From an uncultured Bacteroides sp. (lineage in GTDB: Bacteria > Bacillota > Clostridia > Oscillospirales > Acutalibacteraceae): DNA of 61,412 bases. A program made the position numbers and the translations under genes. This document shows, piece by piece, positions 55,436-61,412 of this stretch (the first letter of the stretch is position 1; the number at the start of each line of letters is the position of its first letter). The DNA is taken from NCBI GenBank assembly GCA_964405895.1, contig CAYOPQ010000001.1, positions 1-61,412 of the forward strand, given 5' to 3'. The notes beneath the pieces are model-generated. The model was not told the origin of the DNA. It saw nothing but the letters and a program-made list of their open reading frames with translations, and did not search any database.

Positions 55436-57160
55436 ATGAGAAGCCTTCTTGTTTATTTAAAAAATTATAAAAAAGAATCTTTTTTCGCTCCGCTGTTTAA
55501 GATGCTGGAGGCTGTTTTTGAGCTGATTGTTCCGCTTGTTGTCTCCTCGGTTATTGATAACGGAATCTTGATGAATGATTATAAAAAAATCATTTCAGAT
55601 GTGGGCATTATGGCAGCTCTTGCCGTAGTGGGAATCATCGTCTCGGTTACGGCGCAGTATTTCGCTGCAAAAGCAGCCGCGGGCTTCGGGCGCGAATTAA
55701 GATACGATTTGTTTAAAAAAATCCAGTCGCTGTCCTTTAATGAAATCGACGGCACGGGAACCTCAACGCTTATAACGATCATGACAAATGATACAGCGCA
55801 GGTTCAAAACGGCGTAAATATGGTATTGCGCCTCTTTTTGAGAAGCCCGTTTATCGTTTTCGGCGCGCTTATTATGGCGTTTACCATTGATGTGAAATGC
55901 GCGCTGATATTCCTTGTAACGATTCCCGTGCTTACTGCCGTTATTGTCTGCATTATGAAATACACAATGCCGAGGTACAAATCCATCCAGTTTAATCTTG
56001 ACAAGCTTACCCTTAAAACAAGGGAAAATCTGACCGGAGCAAGGGTAATAAGGGCGTTTACGCAGGAGGCGCAGGAAACAGAGGATTTTTATAATAAAAA
56101 CAAAGCTCTGTCCCATCTGCAAAAAGCGGTTGGCAGAATATCCGCGTTGATGAATCCGCTTACCTTTATTATCATCAATGTTGCAACCATTGTTCTTATA
56201 TACGAAGGCGCGATTCGGGTAAATGCGGGTAATCTTTCGCAGGGTCAGGTAGTGGCTCTTTACAATTATATGAGCCAGATACTTGTTGAGCTTATCAAGC
56301 TTGCAAATCTTATTGTGACTGTTACAAGAAGCTTTGCCTGCGCCTCGCGCATAGAAACAGTATTTAAGCTGGAAAATACACTGGAGCACAATGATAACGG
56401 CGCCAAGAAAAATAATCTTTCCGTATGCTTTGAAAATGTTTCGCTCAAATATAAAGGCGCGTCAGAGGAATCGCTTAAAAACATCAGCTTTTCCGCGAAA
56501 AAAGGCGATGTTATCGGTATAATCGGAGGTACGGGCAGCGGAAAAACAAGTCTTGTTTCCCTTATCCCTCATTTTTATGATTCAAGCGAGGGCACGGTTT
56601 ATGTCAACGGCGTTGATGTTAAGGCTCAAAACGATGATGAGCTGCACGCGAAAATAGGCTTTGTGCTGCAAAAAGCCGCTTTGTTCAAGGGCACGGTCCG
56701 CGATAATCTGCTTTGGGGAAATAAAAACGCCGCAGACAGTGAAATGATAGACGCGTTAAAGGCGGCGCAGGTTTATGATACCATATTAGAAAAAGGCGGG
56801 CTTGACGCCGAAATCAATCAAAACGCGGCAAATCTTTCCGGCGGGCAGAAGCAGCGCCTTACCGTTGCGCGCGCACTTGTAAGAAAACCGGAAATTCTCA
56901 TCCTTGACGACAGTGCTTCCGCTCTTGATTTTGCAACGGAGGCGGCTTTAAGAAAGGCAGTTTTGAGTCTGCCGTATAAGCCTACGGTGTTTATCGTCAG
57001 CCAAAGAGCCTCCTCGGTGATCACCGCAGATACGATTCTTGTACTTGACGACGGCGAGTGCGTCGGATTAGGCAAACACGACGAGCTTCTTGAAAGCTGT
57101 GAGGTCTACAGAGAAATCTATGAATCTCAGTTTGAAAAGGAGGCGCCTGCAAATGACTAA
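55436..57160 (+). CDS. ABC exporter, fused TMD-NBD subunit (degenerate site)
   Basis: TMD plus GGTGSGKT, LSGGQKQR, ILDDSASALD, SQR; promoter TTGACA-17-TAGTAT at 55377-55405. Confidence 0.93.
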   Translation: MRSLLVYLKNYKKESFFAPLFKMLEAVFELIVPLVVSSVIDNGILMNDYKKIISDVGIMAALAVVGIIVSVTAQYFAAKAAAGFGRELRYDLFKKIQSLSFNEIDGTGTSTLITIMTNDTAQVQNGVNMVLRLFLRSPFIVFGALIMAFTIDVKCALIFLVTIPVLTAVIVCIMKYTMPRYKSIQFNLDKLTLKTRENLTGARVIRAFTQEAQETEDFYNKNKALSHLQKAVGRISALMNPLTFIIINVATIVLIYEGAIRVNAGNLSQGQVVALYNYMSQILVELIKLANLIVTVTRSFACASRIETVFKLENTLEHNDNGAKKNNLSVCFENVSLKYKGASEESLKNISFSAKKGDVIGIIGGTGSGKTSLVSLIPHFYDSSEGTVYVNGVDVKAQNDDELHAKIGFVLQKAALFKGTVRDNLLWGNKNAADSEMIDALKAAQVYDTILEKGGLDAEINQNAANLSGGQKQRLTVARALVRKPEILILDDSASALDFATEAALRKAVLSLPYKPTVFIVSQRASSVITADTILVLDDGECVGLGKHDELLESCEVYREIYESQFEKEAPAND

Positions 57161-58904
57161 AACCATTGTTAAAAAGGTATTAAAATATATCGGCAGATAT
57201 AAAATCATGCTTTTCTTTTCCGTCATATGCGCTGCCGCGTCTTCTCTTCTTTCCCTATATATACCGATTTTGATCGGCAGAGCAATAGATTTTATCATAG
57301 GCACGGGAGATGTGGATTTCAGCAGTATTACAGCAATTTTATATAAAATTGCGGTGACTGTTGCCGTAACCGCGCTGCTTCAATGGGTAATGAATGTTCT
57401 GAATAACAGAATCACCTTCAATGTTGTGCGCGATATGCGCAACAAGGCGTTTCAAAAGCTTCAGGTGCTGCCGTTCAGCTATCTGGACAGTCATCCGAGC
57501 GGCGAGACCGTCAGCCGTGTTATTACGGACGCCGATCAGTTCGCGGACGGCTTGTTGATGGGCTTTACGCAGTTGTTTTCCGGCGTTGTTACGATAATCG
57601 GCACGCTCGGCTTTATGATTTATATAAATTTCTGGATTGCCATGCTTGTCGTCGTTTTAACGCCGCTGAGCCTGTTTTTTGCCAATTTTATTGCAAAGCG
57701 GACATATAAGATGTTCAGCAAGCAAAGCGAGGCAAGGGGAGAGCAGACGGCTTTTGTTGATGAAATCATATCCAACCAAAAAGTGACCGAGGCATACGGC
57801 CATAAAGAAGAAAATCAGCAGAAGTTTGAAAAGATAAATATAGATGTAGCTAAATATTATTTTAAAGCTACCTTTTATTCCTCATTCGCAAATCCCGGCA
57901 CAAGATTTGTAAACAATATTGTGTATGCCGCAGTAACGCTTTTCGGGGCAATTTTATCTGTAAGAGGATATATAACCGTCGGCGTGCTTTCCAGCTTCCT
58001 TGCGTACGCTACGCAGTATACAAAGCCGTTTAATGAGATCAGCGGCGTTGTGACCGAGCTTCAAAATGCGATCGCATGCGCGGGCAGACTTATAAACCTT
58101 ATTGAAGAAAAGGAAGTGCCGCGCGATACGCCGGAAAAGAAGGAGCTGCACAATGCCGCGGGTGAAGTTTGTGTTTCAAATGTTGATTTCAGCTATACGC
58201 CCGGCAAAAAGCTTATAGAAAATTTGAATATATCCGTAAAGCCGGGTATGCGCGTAGCGATCGTAGGCCCTACGGGCTGCGGCAAAACAACGATTATCAA
58301 CCTGCTGATGAAGTTTTATGATACAGACGGCGGAGAAATCTATGCGGACGGTATTGCGTATTCGGATATTCATGTAAAATCCCTGCGTTCTTCGTTCGGA
58401 ATGGTACTTCAGGATACTTGGCTGAAATCCGGGACAATATTGGAAAATATCACTATGGGAAAGCCTGAATCAACGCTTGAAGAAGCCGTTGAGGCGGCGA
58501 AAAGGTCGCATGCCCATTCCTTTATCAAGCGCCTGCCTGACGGATACAATACCTATATCGGCTCGGACGGCGGAAATCTTTCCCAGGGTCAAAAGCAGCT
58601 TTTATGTATTACAAGGCTCATGCTTGTCAATCCGCCTATGCTTATATTGGATGAGGCAACATCAAGCATTGATACGCGAACGGAAATAAAAATACAAAGT
58701 GCGTTCGACGCGCTGATGAAAGGCAAAACGACTTTTATAGTTGCGCACCGCCTTTCAACGATAAAAAATTCCGATCTCATACTTGTTATGAACAACGGTA
58801 AGGTTATAGAACAGGGAACCCACGACAAATTGCTGCTTAAGCGTGGCTTTTACTATAACTTATATAACAGTCAGTTTTCCGGTTTTGAAAACAATAGAAT
58901 GTGA
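57153..58904 (+). CDS. ABC exporter, fused TMD-NBD subunit (consensus site)
   Basis: GPTGCGKTT, LSQGQKQ, ILDEATSSID, AHRLST; AGGAGG RBS before ATG 57153; heterodimer partner of the upstream gene. Confidence 0.93.
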   Translation: MTKTIVKKVLKYIGRYKIMLFFSVICAAASSLLSLYIPILIGRAIDFIIGTGDVDFSSITAILYKIAVTVAVTALLQWVMNVLNNRITFNVVRDMRNKAFQKLQVLPFSYLDSHPSGETVSRVITDADQFADGLLMGFTQLFSGVVTIIGTLGFMIYINFWIAMLVVVLTPLSLFFANFIAKRTYKMFSKQSEARGEQTAFVDEIISNQKVTEAYGHKEENQQKFEKINIDVAKYYFKATFYSSFANPGTRFVNNIVYAAVTLFGAILSVRGYITVGVLSSFLAYATQYTKPFNEISGVVTELQNAIACAGRLINLIEEKEVPRDTPEKKELHNAAGEVCVSNVDFSYTPGKKLIENLNISVKPGMRVAIVGPTGCGKTTIINLLMKFYDTDGGEIYADGIAYSDIHVKSLRSSFGMVLQDTWLKSGTILENITMGKPESTLEEAVEAAKRSHAHSFIKRLPDGYNTYIGSDGGNLSQGQKQLLCITRLMLVNPPMLILDEATSSIDTRTEIKIQSAFDALMKGKTTFIVAHRLSTIKNSDLILVMNNGKVIEQGTHDKLLLKRGFYYNLYNSQFSGFENNRM

Positions 58905-58913
58905 GGAATGTAA

Positions 58914-60317
58914 ATGGAGACATTAGAAGCAATACTCGAAGAGATCGACGGGGTGGTTTGGGGCCCAGTAATGCTTGTATTTTTAGTCGGTACGGGTATA
59001 TTTTTAACCTTTAGGCTCAACTTTTTGCCGTGGCGGAATCTGCCTAAAGCGCTTGCTATGGTGTTCAGCCCCGAATCAAGAAAAACAGATAAAGGTAAAG
59101 GTGATATCTCTCCTTTTTCCGCACTTATGACCGCTCTTGCCGGAACGATCGGAACAGGAAATATCGTAGGCGTCGCAACCGCGATGCTTATGGGCGGCCC
59201 CGGCGCGCTTGTGTGGATGTGGATAGCCGCCGCTTTCGGAATTTCAACAAAATACGCGGAATGTGCGCTGGCGATAAAATATCGCGAAACAAACGAAAAG
59301 GGCGAAATGTGCGGCGGACCGATGTACACAATCAAAAATGCGTTTAAACACAAGAAATTGGCGCTGTTTCTTGCGGGGACATTCGCCGTGTTCACCGTTA
59401 TAGCCTCGTTCGGAATCGGCAATATGTCACAGGCAAATTCCATTTCATCGTCTCTTTACAGCACTTTCTCCGTTCCGTCTTGGGTAACGGGAATTGTATT
59501 AGCCGTTCTTACGGGTATAATCATATTCGGCGGCATAAAATCCATTTCAAAAGTTTCTTCGGTGCTGGTGCCCGTTATGGCGGTGTTCTATATCGTTTCC
59601 GGCTTGATTGTTATAGCGGCTAATTATAAAAATATCCCTGCGGGGCTGGCCACAATATGGTCAATGGCGTTCGGCGGAAAAGCCGTTGCCGGCGGCCTGG
59701 CAGGAACGCTCACGGTATCCGTTATGCAAAGCGTACGCTACGGCGTTTCAAGAGGCGTATTTTCCAACGAGGCAGGCCTCGGCTCCGCAGCAATAACTGC
59801 TTCTTCCGTAACGACCGACAACCATGTAAAACAAGGCTACATAAATATGTGCGGCACTTTTATTGACACGATCATCGTGTGCTCGATTACCGGTCTTGTT
59901 ATAGCTTCCTCCGGACTTTTGGGCACCGTTAATGCAAACGGCGAACTGCTTGAGGGCTCAGAGCTCACTATAGCAAGCTTTCAGACGGTACTCGGCAAGC
60001 CCGGCGCTATTGTTGTTTCCATAGGAATTCTTTTATTTGCGTGGTCAACCATTTTAGGCTGGGAATACCAGGGTGAAAAAGCGCTTGAATATCTTTTTAA
60101 AAACAGGACGCTCTGCTATATTTACAGAATCGTCTTTGCTGTTATCGTATATTTCGGCGCCGTGTCCGCTCTTGACCTTGCATGGTCATTCAGCGATATA
60201 GCAAACGGGCTTATGGCTATTCCTAACCTCATATCCCTTGTTGTGCTTTCCGGCTTCCTCAGAAAAGATACGATTGAGCATCACAGGCTTTCAAAAAGAA
60301 AATCAGATATTTCCTGA
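58914..60317 (+). CDS. Sodium:alanine/glycine symporter (AGCS family)
   Basis: ALAGTIGTGNIVGVA, GGPGALVWMW, GGPMY, RGVFSNEAGLGS, DTIIVC, NGLMAIPNL. Confidence 0.95.
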   Translation: METLEAILEEIDGVVWGPVMLVFLVGTGIFLTFRLNFLPWRNLPKALAMVFSPESRKTDKGKGDISPFSALMTALAGTIGTGNIVGVATAMLMGGPGALVWMWIAAAFGISTKYAECALAIKYRETNEKGEMCGGPMYTIKNAFKHKKLALFLAGTFAVFTVIASFGIGNMSQANSISSSLYSTFSVPSWVTGIVLAVLTGIIIFGGIKSISKVSSVLVPVMAVFYIVSGLIVIAANYKNIPAGLATIWSMAFGGKAVAGGLAGTLTVSVMQSVRYGVSRGVFSNEAGLGSAAITASSVTTDNHVKQGYINMCGTFIDTIIVCSITGLVIASSGLLGTVNANGELLEGSELTIASFQTVLGKPGAIVVSIGILLFAWSTILGWEYQGEKALEYLFKNRTLCYIYRIVFAVIVYFGAVSALDLAWSFSDIANGLMAIPNLISLVVLSGFLRKDTIEHHRLSKRKSDIS

Positions 60318-60399
60318 CATCGCATATATAATTTGATATTGACTTTTTTCGGCAAACAATATAAAATATAAGTTAGTATTTTAGATTTGAGGTGTGGAT

Positions 60400-61332
60400 A
60401 TGGCAACTTGCCCGAACTGCGGTAAAAAAATCCCTTGGTGGAATCTTAAAGCAGAATGTTCTAACTGCGGTGTTTCTATACCCAATTTTAATTGGGTAGA
60501 AAGGCTTGAAGAGGACAATAAAAATGCAGAGGCCGCGTTCACGGTTTTTTACAGAACCATGAACAGAGTGCGTTATTCACTTTTCGGCACAAAGCTCAGA
60601 ATCGTTAGATTTGTTTTGACCTTTTTGCCGGCTGTTGCTTTTATAATACCTTGGGCTACTGTAGAAAGTTCGGGTGACAGCTTTGAGCTGACGATGCTTT
60701 CGTTTACCGGCGCTAAATCCGCGCTGGATATCTTCCTGCAAATATTCAATAACTTCTCATTGGTTTGGACTAATCTGCAGTTTGAGGGCTTTTCCGGACC
60801 TCTGACCTACCTTGTTGTGGGAACAATATTTTATTTCCTTTCGGCATTATTCATTGTTATTGCGTTCTTTATGAATATCATAAAATGTAAAAAGCCGAAA
60901 ACAAAATCCGCAATTACATTTGATGTTATTACGATTGTATTTTCCGTTATTTCCGTTGTCATGTTTGCTTTTGCCGCCTCTGTCGGTGCAGATATTAAAG
61001 CTTTCTCAGTAGGTGAGTTTTCGGCGATTGATATCAGCGGCGGATTCTTCTGGGGATACATAATTGCTATTGTGCTGTTCCTTGTTGCTCTCGGCATCAA
61101 TGCGGCGGTCGTTATCGCGCCGGCTAAAACAGATGAAACGCTTGAGGAAGAGCGCGTTGCAAAAGCGGAAGCCAAAGCGGAAAAAGAGCGCCAGGAAGAG
61201 ATCAGAAAGGCTAAGGAGCGCGAAAAAGCTGCAAAGGCGCATGAAGAAGAGCAAAAGCGTATTATTGAGGAAGCGAAGCGTAAAGTTGCCGAAAAAAAGG
61301 CAAGGGACGAAGCCAAAAAGAAAAAGAAATAA
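60400..61332 (+). CDS. Uncharacterised membrane protein with N-terminal zinc ribbon and charged coiled-coil tail
   Basis: CPNC...CSNC, about four TMs, K/E/A-rich C-terminus; promoter TTGACT-17-TAAAAT at 60339-60367; start GTG 60394 or ATG 60400. Confidence 0.8.
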   Translation: MATCPNCGKKIPWWNLKAECSNCGVSIPNFNWVERLEEDNKNAEAAFTVFYRTMNRVRYSLFGTKLRIVRFVLTFLPAVAFIIPWATVESSGDSFELTMLSFTGAKSALDIFLQIFNNFSLVWTNLQFEGFSGPLTYLVVGTIFYFLSALFIVIAFFMNIIKCKKPKTKSAITFDVITIVFSVISVVMFAFAASVGADIKAFSVGEFSAIDISGGFFWGYIIAIVLFLVALGINAAVVIAPAKTDETLEEERVAKAEAKAEKERQEEIRKAKEREKAAKAHEEEQKRIIEEAKRKVAEKKARDEAKKKKK

Positions 61333-61347
61333 ATTGTTGCTGTATGA

Positions 61348-61375
61348 AAGCGCTGTATTTTACGGCGCTTTTTTA
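61348..61375 (+). terminator. Terminator
   Basis: aagcgctgta-ttt-tacggcgctt followed by a T-run. Confidence 0.7.
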
Positions 61376-61412
61376 TTGATTTAATTTCTCTTTAATGCTA
61401 TACTGCATTTAT

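Noticed and set aside
55272-61412. Genomic island integrated at tRNA-Leu
   Set aside because: No integrase and no duplicated tRNA 3' end seen; downstream genes look native.

Overview
A 61.4 kb chromosomal segment from a Firmicute, inferred to be a Clostridia-class, Oscillospirales-like gut anaerobe (SCIFF locus, tepA-ylzJ-ftsK, cdaA-cdaR, tmcAL/ackA). Most of it is housekeeping: ppa, a sirtuin, cdaA/cdaR, a SEDS protein, fhs-tsaE-tsaB-rpiB, comEC-holA-rnmV, ackA, alaS, ldh, aconitase-icd-rex, ftsK-comEA-comF, three tRNAs (Gly-CCC, Leu-TAG, Leu-CAG), GH2/GH30 glycosidases, an ABC exporter pair and an AGCS symporter. No intact transposase, integrase, prophage or CRISPR array is visible. The most notable items are: (1) a translationally coupled FemX-type ligase and alanine-racemase-like gene whose substrate-entry motifs are rebuilt, a candidate peptidoglycan-branch ligase/epimerase module; (2) a SCIFF precursor missing from the ORF track, in which both residues of the characterised Cys32-Thr37 cross-link are Ser; (3) an AT-rich islet at 17.6-18.3 kb holding a consensus promoter with a ~70 nt structured RNA and terminator, decayed HEPN-like and KilA-N remnants, and a promoter split by a 21-bp hairpin; (4) a stand-alone 22-codon sORF transcription unit; (5) strongly Lys-depleted acidic extracellular domains; (6) apparent pseudo-enzymes (UppP-like, transglutaminase-like). 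All calls come from manual motif reading; no searches were run.
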